Positions 47,509 through 60,520 of a stretch of DNA of 64,000 nt are shown in pieces (positions within the stretch are counted from its first letter, which is position 1; each line of letters starts with the position of its first letter). The notes under the pieces were generated by a model. It did not search any database and was not told the origin of the DNA. It saw only the letters and a program-made list of their open reading frames with translations. The DNA is from Lama guanicoe (taxonomy: Eukaryota), in the NCBI GenBank assembly GCA_013239625.1, contig MU054391.1, positions 4,297,824-4,361,823 on the forward strand, read 5' to 3'. The position numbers and the translations under genes were made by a program.

Positions 47509-48824
47509 AGCGCTCGTGGCATTTGCTTCCTTTTCAAATAATTATTTTGACACCAGGAAAAACTCTTTTTTTTTTTTCTGTTTTGACTGTGTGACTTTGA
47601 CTTCCTGCTGCATTTTACCCTGGATGGTGACTTGCTGGTGTTTTAATGGGTTGTACTGAAATTATGAAAACTCACTCTGCAGTGACTTGAAGTATATAAT
47701 CAAGAGTCTGTTTTTGGCGACTGCTGCCAGGTCTCCAGGCTCACCCTTCTCTTTCCCCTTTGCCCCACATCTGGGCAACTTGATAAGAACCTGTGTTCGC
47801 ATCCTTCATCACTGCTCGCTCCACCGATGGACCTGTCGAACAATAAATCACCTGCCGTGGAGGGCACCCAACACCAGCTCCAACCCCCATCAGCAATAAA
47901 AACCCAAAACTTGTCTCCCTCCGTCTCACTCTTGTTTCACTCTTGAATTTCTCCTTGGGGAAACCTTTTTTCTGTTCACTATGTGAGCAATCTTTATGTC
48001 ACACCCATTGGTGCCTTTGTGTCATTGAGCCCATCTGCCGGAAAATCCCAGGAGGGGGCTGCCCAGTGAACTGCGGGTGATGGCAAGTGCCCCCTGTGTC
48101 CTGCCAATAAACGTCCTGGTATCCAGGTGTTAGATTAATTAATTACTAAACGTCCATTCATTCCTCCTGACACAGGGCTTCTGTGCATGCTGCTTCCTCT
48201 GTCTTCAATATTCCACTCCCCGAGACCCCCACCTCTCCTGACTCCTCTTTCAGATGAACTTGACCCCCTTTCCCTAAGGAAAAGCTGCTCAGCTTCCCCA
48301 GTCCCAGTCGAATTCCTTTGAAACCGGATGCTCGTAGATCTCTGTTGCACGGGGGTTACAGTAGGTTGTAATTGTGTGTGTATTTATTTCCAGGGGCATT
48401 TTGACCATTTTCTCTCCCCTCAGTTGACGGCCAGCTCCTTATAGTAGAGGACACCTCTCATCATGTTCTCCATCACTGCACGAGCACCTGACACAGAGCC
48501 TGGCATCTGGGCAAATAAGCCAATTCTTTTTGCATTAAGCTTTAGAATACATCCGTGTCTCGGCTAGACACTGTCTCCGTCCTCTGAGTGTGTGTTTGTG
48601 TACATCTGAGTACGTGCACGCACTCGCACACACACATAGCCACCAAACAAATCAGAGTGAACTGACACTCTCTTGCACAGAGCTCACACACTATTGTCAG
48701 ATGAGCCTCAGGTTGGCCTCAGGAACTTAAGAAAGAGAAGAAGCAGGGTTAGTTGTTTTTTTTTTCTAATTTGTGTTTCAGAGGCAGATAATTGATGTGA
48801 TTCCCCATTTTGCCGTTTATAGAT

Positions 48825-48990
48825 TGGGTGGTTTGGAGCAAGTCACTTAACCTTGGTGAGAACCAGTTTTATCATCTGTAGAACAGTGAGTATAAAGCAG
48901 CATTGCTGTGTTCTGGTCGGGACTTGAAATTATACGTGTGAAGCACTTACTAATAAAACCTACGAAACATGTATTTAATAAATTACGGCC
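48825..48990 (+). mobile_element. MIR SINE
   Basis: gagcaagtcacttaacctt...cagttttatcatctgtagaa. Confidence 0.75.
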
Positions 48991-50673
48991 ATTTTAATTA
49001 AAGTGTCTTTGCTGATTAATCCGTGTTGCAGCCCTGAGCCATAAGTCAAAAGCCGACTTGAACAGATAGATGCTAAGGGATTGAATTGAATCAAAACATT
49101 CACCATCTTTGAATTCAGGCTTCCCTTCATTAAGATTTTTAACTTGTATATAAAAACTTCTCAAAACCCTGTCCCCTTTAATAAACATACAAACTTTCTT
49201 TCTTTATTAATGGCATTTGAAATTTAAATCAAGTGAAACACTCAAGCCATGTAAACGTCAGAAGTCCAGGTAAGTTAGCCCCTGTGATCTGCACATTCCT
49301 CCCCTCTGTCTCTCCGAATCTCGGCTCTAAATGACAGTGCTTTTCAACAAAGAGCGGATGCTCCAGATGCACATCGGCGGGGAAAGAAGCAGAGGAGGCA
49401 CTGAAGAAATTTCTAAACAGGATGCATCAGTGCCAATGTGCAGATCTCCCAAATGCAATCACCCCGCACTCAGCTTCCCATCTTTCAGTTCCCACAATTC
49501 CTGAACTAAAACTCTGTGGGCCTTCCCGGGTGGACAAAGGGCAAGGGCGTGCCTGTGTCAGCTATCGTGTTACCTTCATATGGCATGACTTCTGGAAAGA
49601 TCTTTCCTCGTATTTATTCTCCTCCCACTCTTTGAGCCCTGGTCGATTTCCACCTCCCCCAAGACTCCCTCCCTGATGGACACAGGTACAGAGGGTTGAG
49701 GCTCTCCTGAAAGTATCAAAGCACCTGATTAACGTCTATCATATTTTCCTTCCTATCATTTTGTAGCAAATGATACCTGTCAGTTACTCATTCCACTAAT
49801 TGTTATGGAGAAATGATCACATCCCAGGGACTGCAAGACTCGTGAAGGAAGCAAGTGACTCATAACATTCACTGAGCATTGTGCCAAATGTTATAAAAGG
49901 ATGTGCCCAGAGAAGCACCAGGTGAAGAAGCAGATCATCCAGTCTTAGAGTAAGAGAGGATCACAGATGAATTTGCTTTATCAAGCTTACTGAAATTAAT
50001 TGAGTAAGTGTCTCAATGCCAAATAACAATAAAAAAAAGACATGCCATTTTTTTTCCACCTTCAAGTTTACATCATGACTACGCTTTAATTCCTTTTAGG
50101 CAAAACGTAGCCACTGCTTACTCTTTGCTCCTCCAGTGCCTGAGGTAGTGCCTGACAAATAATATTTCATACGGATCTGTGGAATGAAAAGTTGACCTCA
50201 GAAAATTCCACTGTTAAGGTATTGTATGTCTATTTCTTTTTCCTACAAACAAGGAATACAGTAAAATGTAAATGAAATGCCTGTTCTTGTTATCATCAGA
50301 GACACAACTGGGTGGAGGAAAAACTGGTGACATTTGTCCTGAACTTTCTTTAACTAAACCCTTTTGTCGTCCATTAATGTACCTTTTCTCAGTCTGTCCT
50401 TATCCTTTGTACATTAACCGTTGTTTAAGTATTTTTTGTTGTTGTTTTGCCCACCTCCCCCCATGTCTAAAGTACTCTCAGAAATACCCTGGGATGTGTC
50501 ATGTTTCAGACAAGTGGAGATATTTTATGTATTCATTTGACCCTAGGAAAATGTGTGAGAGAAATCCGAGAGACAGTTGGAGAAGTATCTGAAGGGATCA
50601 ACAGACATTTGGTTTCCTTAAAGACATACCCCAAGAGTGTAGTTCCCGTGTATAATCAATCTTGCAAGAACAT

Positions 50674-51133
50674 TTTTGGGGGTTGAATTGTGTCCTCTGA
50701 AAAGATATGTTCAACTTCTAACCCCTGGCATCTGTGACTGTGACCTTATTTGGAAATAGAGTCTTTGCAGATGTAACTAGTTAAGTCAGGTCATGTTGGA
50801 TTAGGGGGCGCCCTAAATCCAGTATGGCTGGTGTCCTTATAAGAAGAGAATAAGATACATGGACACAAACACAGCAAGAAGGCCGTGTGAGGATGGAAGC
50901 AGAGATTGGAGTGGCTTGTCTTCAAGCCAAGAAGCAGGAACACTTGCAAACAACCACCAGAAGCTGGAGAAAGGCAGGAAGGTTGCTCTCCTAGAGTCTT
51001 CAGAGAAAGAATGGCCTTCCCAAAAACTTGATTCGAAATGTTTGGCTTCCAAAACTCTGAGACAATAAATTTCTATTGTTTTAAGCCATCCAGTCTCTGG
51101 TATTTGTTACAGCAGCTCAAGGAAACTAATACA
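50674..51133 (+). mobile_element. MLT1B-type MaLR solo LTR, full length
   Basis: gggttgaattgtgtcc...tgtgaccttatttggaaataga...aataaatttctattgttttaagcca...ggaaactaataca; 5-bp TSD aacat / aatat. Confidence 0.93.
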
Positions 51134-52748
51134 AATATCAAACGTCAAATATACAGCATCACCTTGGTGTGCTCTGATCCCAGGTAACTGGAAAGAGCCC
51201 GCACCATTACATCACTGTGCACTTTGGCAGTTGGTTTCAAAAAGGGAAGATCATCTGGTCACAGTGAAAATTATATTTTCATGCCCTCAGCACTCGAACC
51301 TCCTGGAGGATCCTTTTTTAAAGAGAAATTCATTCACTCGTGGACTTATTCAGTTGACAAATGCCGAGTGCATACTTCATGCCAGCACTGCTCTAATCAG
51401 TGAACAAATAAGAAGGAAGCGCCCTTCCTTCATGAAGTTCACATTTTAGTGGTAGTTGGTAAAAAACTTTGATTTTTAGGAATATCAAATTGACAGCCCA
51501 AGTGCTTTGCCTGATATACTTTATGTTCAATTATGATGTGGAACACCGATCAGATAATTTAACAAATTTTATGATGCTTTACGGAAAGGGTTGATCTAGC
51601 CATGGAGAATAGGTGTCCACTGGTTCCGGAAAAAAATGAGGGGAAGCTCTAAAAAGTTTTGAAATCCTTACATCACAAAAGAAAAGCAATGAGGAAGTAT
51701 CACCTGAAGGCTTTCTGTGGGTTTTCCCTGTTCTTTCCCTAAAGACTGAAAATTGTTTAATATGCTCTTTCTGGCCAAACACCTGTCAAATTCCTATTTT
51801 TAATAGGATTTTAATTAGAGGCAAAAACGAATACCCCTTTAATTAATTGCACGTCCTCTCTCTTTAATTCCTCTGCTGCTTCTCTCTCCACTAGATGACC
51901 CCCAAACAGAGTTGCTGTTGAGTTGAGGAACCTATTAGTCTGAGACCATAAGGATAATAAATACAAATGCTCACAAACACTTAGGTTTTCAGATTTATTC
52001 ACATGATCTTAATTAGTAATAATTCTACTTTAGTTTGAGTTGGCTATCTTGAAAAATATGAATTTGTTCATCAAATGCTCACCAATCTCCTCCAATAGTT
52101 TTGCTTGTTTGTTTTTTGGTGTTTTTTTGTTTGTTTGTTGTCTTTTTTTGTTTGTTTTGGGGATTTTTTTTTATTTTGGTCACATGGATTATGGACACAA
52201 AAGAAGCAGCAAAGTTTCCCTATCTTGAATTATCATACTCTTCATTCTTACGTGCTTGGATAGTGAACGCATCCCATGCACAAGGGGCCTCATTTCCTGC
52301 CTGCCCTCTACATGAACCCACCTCCAGACACTGCAAGGCACTGCGTGTGGCGCCCTAGTCCTTTCCTGTGGACACCAAAGTTCTTTTTATTCACCGGTTT
52401 CCAGACTTCTGTTCTTCCTCACTGATCACAAAAATCAGCCACTCACTTTTTGCTCTTTTCCCTCCTAAATCATTCTCAAATTCATGCCTCATTTCTATCA
52501 TTTTTCTCAAGATTTTCAAAACTTTCCTGACTTCCAAAGCATCTTCATGCTGCCACCCCCAAGGAGACTTCTGATCACGGTTTTTGTTTGTTCCTTTGTT
52601 TCGTTTTCTTTAAACCTTTGAGTGGCCTCCAGCATTCTCAGGTGACCAGTGTCCTTCTTGATCTGACCCCCGACCCTCCCCCCACCTCACTTCCTGTCAC
52701 CTCTGCGCAGGCAGCTGCCTTCTCACCACTCCCACTTCCCGGGCTGAC

Positions 52749-53179
52749 TGCGATGGATGCTGCGTGTGGCCCAGACCCCCGGGTAGACGGGAGCACTCAT
52801 TCCCCGGATGCCGGGAACCTCGGCTCAGTAGCTCAGCTCTCAGCTAAGTCTCTGTGAGAATTGCCGCCAGCCAAAGACAGCTACCTCGCTTAAAGTAACG
52901 CCCTTCAGGGTGGGGCAGTGAGCCCTAGGATGGCTCAGGGTCGGGGCATAAGAGCCCCGCCCCTGGCCCTAAGCAGGACGACTCTGAAGGGCTGCCTCAG
53001 CCTCAGAGCTTTCATGCAGACCGGCTGATACTGCAACTGCATCACGGTTCACAGGCCCCTTCTGACCAGTCCTACTTCCTGACCCCCCAGGGACGATCCT
53101 GGGGGGCGTCCTCGAGAAACGCACCGCAGGCACGTCTCCATCTCAAAGGGCTGTCTCCTGGGAAGCCAGGTCCAAGTTG
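52749..53179 (+). mobile_element. LTR16C-type ERVL solo LTR
   Basis: ggatgctg...gcactcattcccc...gaattgcc...actctgaagggc...tgcaactgcatcac...tctccatctca, colinear with remembered LTR16C. Confidence 0.85.
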
Positions 53180-53822
53180 CTTGTCACTGCTGTATTAGGC
53201 TGTGCACTTCCTCGCCTCCAGGTTTTAGATGTTGCTTACCCGCAATGCCCTCTTCCCACGGATCCACGCTGCTTCTTTGAGAGTCTTCTCGATTTTTATC
53301 TTAGCCTCCTACAAAGAGGTGATTGCACGCTTTGGGACAACTCCTTCAGGCAGACGTGACTTATTTCCTTCTCGCATCCCTCCTGCTTAGGCCACCTCCC
53401 ATCACAGAATGACTGCTCGACACACATTTCTCACATGACAGAAAGAATGGGCCGCCCTCCAGCTGGGAGAGTTCAAGCCCTGTGGGGGGTGAGCACCACT
53501 CAGTCCCGGGACAACACAGCAGAAATCTGCTGTTTCTCCAAGCGGATCGATCCACTGACTCACCAACTGGCCTTGAAGGGAACCTAAATACTCAGATAAT
53601 GAGAAAGTCACTTAAAAAGAGCTTTAGCTTCGGTTGAGTGAGAATATGAATTATTAGTCTGTCTTCTTAGAGGCCAGAGAGGTTGAAAGTCCAGTTGCTT
53701 TTTATTTGCATTAATTTATTGATCCAGTTATTGATTTTAGTGTTGATGCCAGGTGCCATGCTAAGTAAGGTGCAAACTAAACCTGATAAAGGCCCAAGAA
53801 ACATGAACAAAATGAATCATAA

Positions 53823-54341
53823 TGTAATCGGGGAGAACAAACCTGACTCATACTAGATCCGTTTCTTTAGCGCTAACCCTGGGCCCGCTTGCTGCGCTGA
53901 GTCAACGCTGGTTCTGCACCTTTTGTGAAAGAATGTTGCTTGCAGCCTGAAATACACAGGAGAGTCCATTCTCCAGGCTCTGACCTTTAAGGGTGTAGCA
54001 ACGGTCCATTCAGACGGAGATTAGAAGTTGCAGAACGAGGAATAGCATTTGTCTTGCCGGAGGTTTATAGGAGGAGTGTGACCTGACCCACGTGGACGGC
54101 TGCAAGCACAAAGGATTCTGACACCAAGACGTTTGCAACAACCAGCCACACCCCCTCCCCTTTTTAGTATAAAAGGAGCCTGAATTCTGACTTGGGGAAG
54201 ACGGTTCTCCAGGACATTAGTCTCCTATCTTCTCAGTCTGCTGGCTTTCTGAATAAAGTCATTATTCTTTGCCCCAACACCCCGTCTCCTAACTTATCAG
54301 CCTGTCGTGTGGCGAGCAGAACCAGTCTGCGCTTGGTAACA
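53823..54341 (+). mobile_element. ERV1 (MER41-like, Laurasiatherian) solo LTR, 519 bp
   Basis: TGTAA...TAACA termini; 4-bp TSD ataa / gtaa; TATAAAA 54168-54174; AATAAA 54252-54257; MER41-like 3' end ggcgagcagaac...ggtaaca. Confidence 0.88.
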
Positions 54342-54609
54342 GTAATGCACAGGAGACAGGTGCTGCAGAAGAAGGACAGAAAAGTCTGCAGAACTGAGAG
54401 GGCTCGCTAGGCAGGTCACAAATCCTGTCCAGGCCTCAAAACAGGAACCCGGTCAGCTGTGCGCCAACCCTGCGGGCTTCTGACTGCTCCTCTGGACACA
54501 TTTACGGAGCAGCAGAAGGGACCTGGGGAGCCCTGCTGTCCACTGGCAGACCTGGGCACACTGTGCCCTGACCTGGGGACCTGGATGCCCCCTGGATGCA
54601 TTCCTATGC

Positions 54610-54755
54610 AGTCTTTCATTTTTTGCTTCAAACGATGAGAAAGCTAAAGCTGAATGTCTCGGAGCGGATGACTGTCCCACCTAAAGCCACACAGCTGGTG
54701 TGGAGGAGACATGGTTCCAATCCAGACTTGCTGCCCCCACTGTCTGCGCTCCAGC
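54610..54755 (-). mobile_element. MIR SINE
   Basis: gatgagaaagctaaagct...cctaaagccacacagctggt...ttccaatccagac. Confidence 0.6.
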
Positions 54756-55044
54756 CTCCAAAACACAAAAATACGTGGACCAAGCTCTGGAACCACAACA
54801 GGTGGTGTCCTCCCCCATAGTCAGATTTCAGAGACAAAACCCCCTAACATGTAGAGAATGGCATCTGAGCAAATTGAGGAGAAGAGGGGTTCACAGATAA
54901 GAAAGTATACAGCCGGCGGCCAGCAGAGTTCACGAGAGATCACCGGCTGTTTGTAGTTAGAAGGTTTGTGATTCCTTTTGTGCTCATGGCTTTGATGGCT
55001 ACGACCACAGGGAGAAGGCAGCGTTGCCTGCTGCAGCTCTGTAA

Positions 55045-55470
55045 TTGTCTTAATTGTAGTTGACTTACAATATTGTATTAGTTTCAAGTGCACAACATAC
55101 TGATTTGATATTTTTTATAGGTTACGCTCCATCAAATGATTATAAAGGTATTAAAAATTATTGGCTATGTATCCTGTGCTGTACACATGACATCCTTTTA
55201 ACTTTTATTTTATACCTAGTAGTTGGTACCTCTTAATTCCCTTCATTGATTTTTGCCTTTTCTTTCCTCACTCTCCCCTCTGGTCTGTTCTTTGTGTCTG
55301 TGAGTCAGTTTCTGTTTCGTTATATTCGTTAATGTTTGTTTTTTGTTTTTTTAGATCCCACATATGAGTGAACACGTACATTTGTCTCTGTCTGACTGAT
55401 TTCACTAAGCATGATACCGTCTAGGTCCATCCATGTTGTCACAAATGGTAAACTATCCATTTTTTTATAG
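55045..55470 (-). mobile_element. L1 3' UTR (L1MA9/artiodactyl-type), 5'-truncated
   Basis: gtagttgacttacaatattgtattagtttcaagtg; tttagatcccacatatgagtga; atttcactaagcatgataccgtctaggtccatccatgttgtcacaaatgg. Confidence 0.9.
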
Positions 55471-57344
55471 TCTCCTAAAGCTTGTACTATCTGCAAGGCT
55501 CTATTATTCGCTTGGAAAGGCAAGCCAGTATTTAATAAAAGGACAGGTTAAACCATCACACTCACTTTTGGGTATCTGGGCACTACTGAAAACAATGAAG
55601 AGAATTTCTAACGGTAAAATCCTTCAGAACTGCGTCCATATTTATTCTGGGCTGAGTCACATCTCAGGAGGGCAGCACTGTGAGACCAGAAAACTGTTCT
55701 TGTTGAAGCAGTGAGTTTTCAAGAGTGAATTTACGTTAAATCTGAGCAATTAAGGGCAGACTGCATTACTTGGTTTTGTGTCTTCAACGCCTTTTACAGC
55801 CCGTGGCACCTAGAGGGGGATCAGCGAATAAGCATGAAGCGAACCAGTATCTCCTAATTCCAACTGGGTCTTTAGCCATCAAAACTTGGTCATTGGAGTT
55901 ACAAATATCCAAAAGGATGAGATTTGATGGCCAATTCTTTAGCACTATTATATTCTTAAGTGTGTAATACTTTCTCTATTGGTATTCATAACAATTACTA
56001 GTAATACACATGAGTCAAACTGTTGAGTGCCTGATACTTATTAATGCCTTGTTAGAGATCACAATATATCCGCTCACTGTTTCTCCTTCAGCCTCTTCAG
56101 GTCCCTCACAGGCCTGTTCAGACCCCAGCCTGCTGGCTAATACAATGCTGGCACAGACAGGTGAGCAGAAGCTCTCGTGACTACTCCGCTCAGATACTCG
56201 TTAGAGACTGAACTGCCAGAACCGGGGAGGAGCAGTGGATAACCACGGACTGAGTGGGCTCAGTGCTTCTTTGTGAAAACATTGATGCTGAAAGACAAGA
56301 CGATGGTAATTTTGTTGGTCACTTTTATTCAGCCTTGTTTGCATGAGATAAAGCCTGGAATAGTTCAGCTCTGCTAGTTTCTGGCAGGCAGTGGGAAACG
56401 TGGCTTTGCAATAGCTGTTCGGTTAATTACAGCTATATTTCTCTTCTCTAAACAGCTTCAAGGTGTCACTAAGGGAAGGGGATGGGCCACTCTGGTTCCA
56501 TTTCGCAGAGGATTGTTCTGACTTCCATTAGACCATGTGGATACTATAAGCTGGCCATTTCTAGGGATGTTCAAAATCGAGGGGGAAAATACACAGAGAA
56601 AGTATGGTTTTAAATCCACACACTATTTAAATTATAAAAGACAAAACACATATATGAAATTAACTGAAGTTAACTCATTTCAAGAGCAAGCTTGTAGATG
56701 GCAGGAATGTCATAAACTTCCTTTGGTTTCACAGTATAATCAGACATTAGGGCTGCTGGAACCTTAGAAGATTGTCAGGGACAGAACATCTCAGAATTAT
56801 TAGAAGGAAGACGTGTGATTAAAACTCCATATGTGTGGAAGCTGTATTAATTTCAATGAATGCTAGTGGTGAAGAACTATTTGCTAAATCAAAAACAGGA
56901 ATTTTAAGATTAATGAAAGTAAATTTATTTTATTTGTTCAAATGAGATTTTACATATCATTTTAGTTGCTTGTTGTTTATTTAGTTGCTTAGCATTTTTT
57001 GACCAAATCAACAAGTCATAGTTACCACTCAAAAATTTTAAGCTGCATTGGATGAGAACATATTAAAATAATGATGCATGGAGTCATTCATCAGTTCCTT
57101 TAGACACATTTACTGACCACCCTCCTCGTGCCAAGTGCTCTGCTCGGAGAAAAGGAGGGCACAGAATACAAAAGTGAACATCACAAAATCCCACCAACAA
57201 GGAGTTCACAGACCAGTCAGGGACCCCTTGGTATTACCTAGTGTGTTTTTTTCTCTTTGTGGAAAGTAGAAGAAATAGACTGACAATCGTCATTGTTCTT
57301 CAGTAAGATAAAGGACAGCATGTCTTGGTGTCCCGTTAAAGGTA

Positions 57345-57620
57345 AGGGAAGTAATGCCTGGTAGCTGCTGTAACAAACAGCTAAATCTGTGCGGCTCAGC
57401 ACGACAAAGGCGTGTGTCTTCTCACACAAAGGATCTCGCAGGTCACGCAGCTCTCCCTCATCTTGGAGCTCTGCCATCCGGAGCACCTGCAACCCAGGGG
57501 CTCAGTGTGGGAAAAAGGGACAAGAGGCAGCACAGGATGCGAGTCAAGGTGAGACCTGGAACTGGGAGACCTCACATCCTCCTCCGATCTGCCGGCCTGA
57601 GCTGGGCCACACAGCCTCTC
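57345..57620 (-). mobile_element. Old MLT1 (J/K/L-type) LTR fragment
   Basis: tagctgctgtaacaaacagctaaatctgtgcggctcagcacgacaaagg...tctcacac. Confidence 0.6.
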
Positions 57621-57899
57621 TTAACCGCAGTGCAGTCTTCCTCCTGGCATCCCAGGAAAAGGCACAGTGCATGGAACACAGTTTTGCCCCTGCCACAGTT
57701 CCAAAAAGTAGACCAAAGACCTGCAGAAATAAAGACAATGCGATGCTTGCAAATATCCTTATTTAACAAATTATTTGTTTGAGGCCATGCTTCTTTATTT
57801 TGCTTCATTTTTTTATTAAAAAAAAAAAAACCTGAGCCTGAGCTTCCCATACCTAAAATGCAGAGTGGCTTCTGTATTCCCGACCAGATCCTGATTGAT

Positions 57900-58060
57900 G
57901 AAACCATGGGACCGAAGGGACTTTGACATTTAAGAGATGAGGGCTTCTGTACCACTTCTCCTCCAGGCTCAGTCTCCTTATCATAACGTAGGGATAATAA
58001 CTGAACTTACAGCATAGGACTGTTGAGAGAATTAAATGAGTTAAGAAGTGAAGGTACGCT
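57900..58060 (+). mobile_element. MIR SINE
   Basis: gctcagtctccttatc...gggataataa...cataggactgttgagagaattaaatgag. Confidence 0.75.
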
Positions 58061-58871
58061 GTAGACCCTATAAAATTAAGGGGAAATAAATATTCTACCT
58101 AATGGGAAGTTGCCATTTCTAAGGGTTAATTTTTCCCACGGCCTTGATAACTCGCCTTTTTCAGACCTCTTTCACGGGGAGTCAGTACCTCTGAGAGCTT
58201 TATCTTTCCTTATAGGTCTTTGAAACTTTTATTTCAGATACTTTTTCTTGTTCTATTGCAACCTCTTGAGTAACGGGCAAGGGTCCCGAGGCAGTGTGAG
58301 CTCCTTGGGCCAGCCCTCCACCCAACTTTGTGGACAAAAGAAGGCCATAGGATCTGGTTACACTAGGACCCAACTAAACCCTTTTCCTTATTTGTTTAGT
58401 GTAAAATGAGATTTCCAGAATTTGGCATTTAAAATCTTTACCTTTGGCTGACACAGCTGAGACTGGTTAATGTCTGAGATGGGTTTGGGCCCTGTATACA
58501 AGCTACATACATTAAAAAAGGATCCATTTTATTCTGGGAGGGACTCCATTATGTATCCCAAAATATCACCCTTCTCAGATTTATCCAAAGAATCATGGGT
58601 GGCCCTTCACGTAATTTGGGAACTAAACATCGACTGTGGAAAGAAAGGGGTCATAGAAAATTCCTAATTTCTAACCTGAGTGCCAAGTCCCAGATTTCCT
58701 ACACTATTGTTAAATATTTCCTGCCCCTTTCCCCACCCATTTGGCCCCCCAAGAGATACTTTTTGAACATTCTTTGTCTTTGAATCCAAAGTTCATAAAA
58801 CCAATACATTTCTTGACAAATATATTCTGAGGTTGTTGCATTTTAATTTAATTAATGGTATTACAGAATAA

Positions 58872-59004
58872 GTGCAATGCCATATAACATATTTTCCAAG
58901 CCAGGACACTCTGAGAATTAAAAGGGGACCTAGTAATGATTAATCTGAAATAACAACCAAAAACTGGGCCTACCCTTGCCAAACTGAGACTTACGACCAC
59001 ATTA
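58872..59004. mobile_element. MER94-type hAT-Blackjack MITE
   Basis: ccatataacatattttccaagccaggacactctgagaattaaaagggg...aaactgagacttacgaccac. Confidence 0.7.
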
Positions 59005-60055
59005 AATATAAATTCAATTTTTTTTTAAATTCAATATTAAGTTTTTCGGATCTTTCTATATTCAGATTACTGAGTAATGTCCCTTATTATGTGTATATCA
59101 ATACACGCCACCATACACAAAACTATAATGAATGTCTCCATTTGCTTTATAAATGCAACATTCCTCTAATGATTTAGAGTTTCTTTTATCTATCTATTAA
59201 TCACTTAAACTTCCAGACCTGTAAAGTGACTATTCATATCCTTTGGCTATTTTTGTTTTTTTGTTTTTTAATGGAGGTACTAGGGATTGAAGCCAGGACC
59301 TTGTGCATGCTAAGTACGCGCTCTTCCACTGAGCTACACCAAACCTACTTCCTTTGGTCATTTTTTTGGATGGGTTTTCCTTTCATTGCTGATTTTCAAG
59401 AGACCCTATATGGTCTAGATGTGAATCTTTTGCAAATTTAAGACTTTATAAACATTTTTCCATTAGTATCCCTCTTTACAAATGTGTCTCCAACGTCCTT
59501 GGTTAAGTACAAATTTATATATTGATGTGGTCCTAGCTATTTATTTTCCCTTTATTTTTGAAATTCTATGGAGAATCTTCCTAGTCTCAAGGTCACATTG
59601 ATACTCCTTTTCAATTTTTCTTTGCTTTCTATCTTTACCTTTCACATTTTGGCCTTTGTCACATTTGGAGTTTATTTTTGAAGTGCTGTGATTTAATGAT
59701 CCGACTTTGATCTTCAGATGTAGTGACCCAGATTTCCCAATTCCAAACGTCCATCCTTTGACCACCGAGTCGGGTGACCACCTCTAGCATGTAGCGCATT
59801 TGCAGGTCACTGGGCCTATTCCTCACCTCTTCCTGTCAGCTAGTGCTCCAAAATACTGTTTTAATTATGATTGTTTTGAAATATCTTATTATCTGGTAGG
59901 GCTTATCCCCCATCTCCTCTCTTCTTCTCTAACAATTTTTAACTGTTGAAAATGTTTGAATCCATTTGCCAACTTCCAAAAAACCTGCTGCTGAGAATTT
60001 CCTTAGAATTGCATTACATTGACAGAAACTGATATAGTTTTAAAATTAATTCATT
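59005..60055 (-). mobile_element. Old L1ME ORF2/3' remnants (continue ~60600-62100); host of MER94 and a SINE
   Basis: T-rich antisense ORF2 motifs: ggagtttatttttg; tactgttttaattatgattgttttg; agaattgcattacattga. Confidence 0.65.
59254..59349 (-). mobile_element. Vic-1-type camelid tRNA-derived SINE (short form)
   Basis: Minus strand GGTGTAGCTCAGTGGAAGAGCGCGTACTTAGCATGCACAAGGTCCTGGCTTCAATCCCTAGTACCTCCATT plus A-tail; TSD tcctttggctatttt (59239-59253) / tcctttggtcatttt (59350-59364). Confidence 0.9.
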
Positions 60056-60059
60056 CAAG

Positions 60060-60520
60060 GATGATGGCAACAAAAATGGCAGAGTGAGAACCTTTGGAAA
60101 TTCTCTCCTTCATGAAAGCAATAGAAACCCTGGCCAAAAAAAAAAAAAAAATTGGTCAGAATTAATCTTTTTAAAACCCTAGGAATTAGCCACAGGCTTG
60201 AAGCAATCCAGGGAGCATTTATTCAAGATAAATGACTGTATCTCAGTAAGAAAAGCAAGTTGTATTACAACTTGCCCTATTGCCTTCTCCCTTTCTCTAG
60301 CTCCATGGGAGCCTTGAAAACCAATACTCTGCAATCACAATGAAAATCAGTAGCTTGGCAACCAGCAGAGGAGGCAGAACGGGGGTGGAGTGCCTTCAAA
60401 GACCCATATTTAGAGAATTCATCACATACAAACAGTCCTCCGTAAGATGAATAGATGATTTCTCCTCAGAAGCCATGGAGGCCAGAAGGCAGTGGGATGA
60501 CAAATCCAGAGCGCCGAACA
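60060..60520 (+). mobile_element. L1M 5' UTR joined to an ORF1 fragment
   Basis: aaaatggcagagtgagaac 5'-end motif; at ~60440 gatttctcctcagaagccatggaggccagaaggcagtgggatgac encodes ORF1-like DFSSEAMEARRQWDD. Confidence 0.75.

Noticed and set aside
47830..48060. Possible old LTR 3' end with AATAAA at ~47896
   Set aside because: Could not assign termini or family; too weak to list as a feature.
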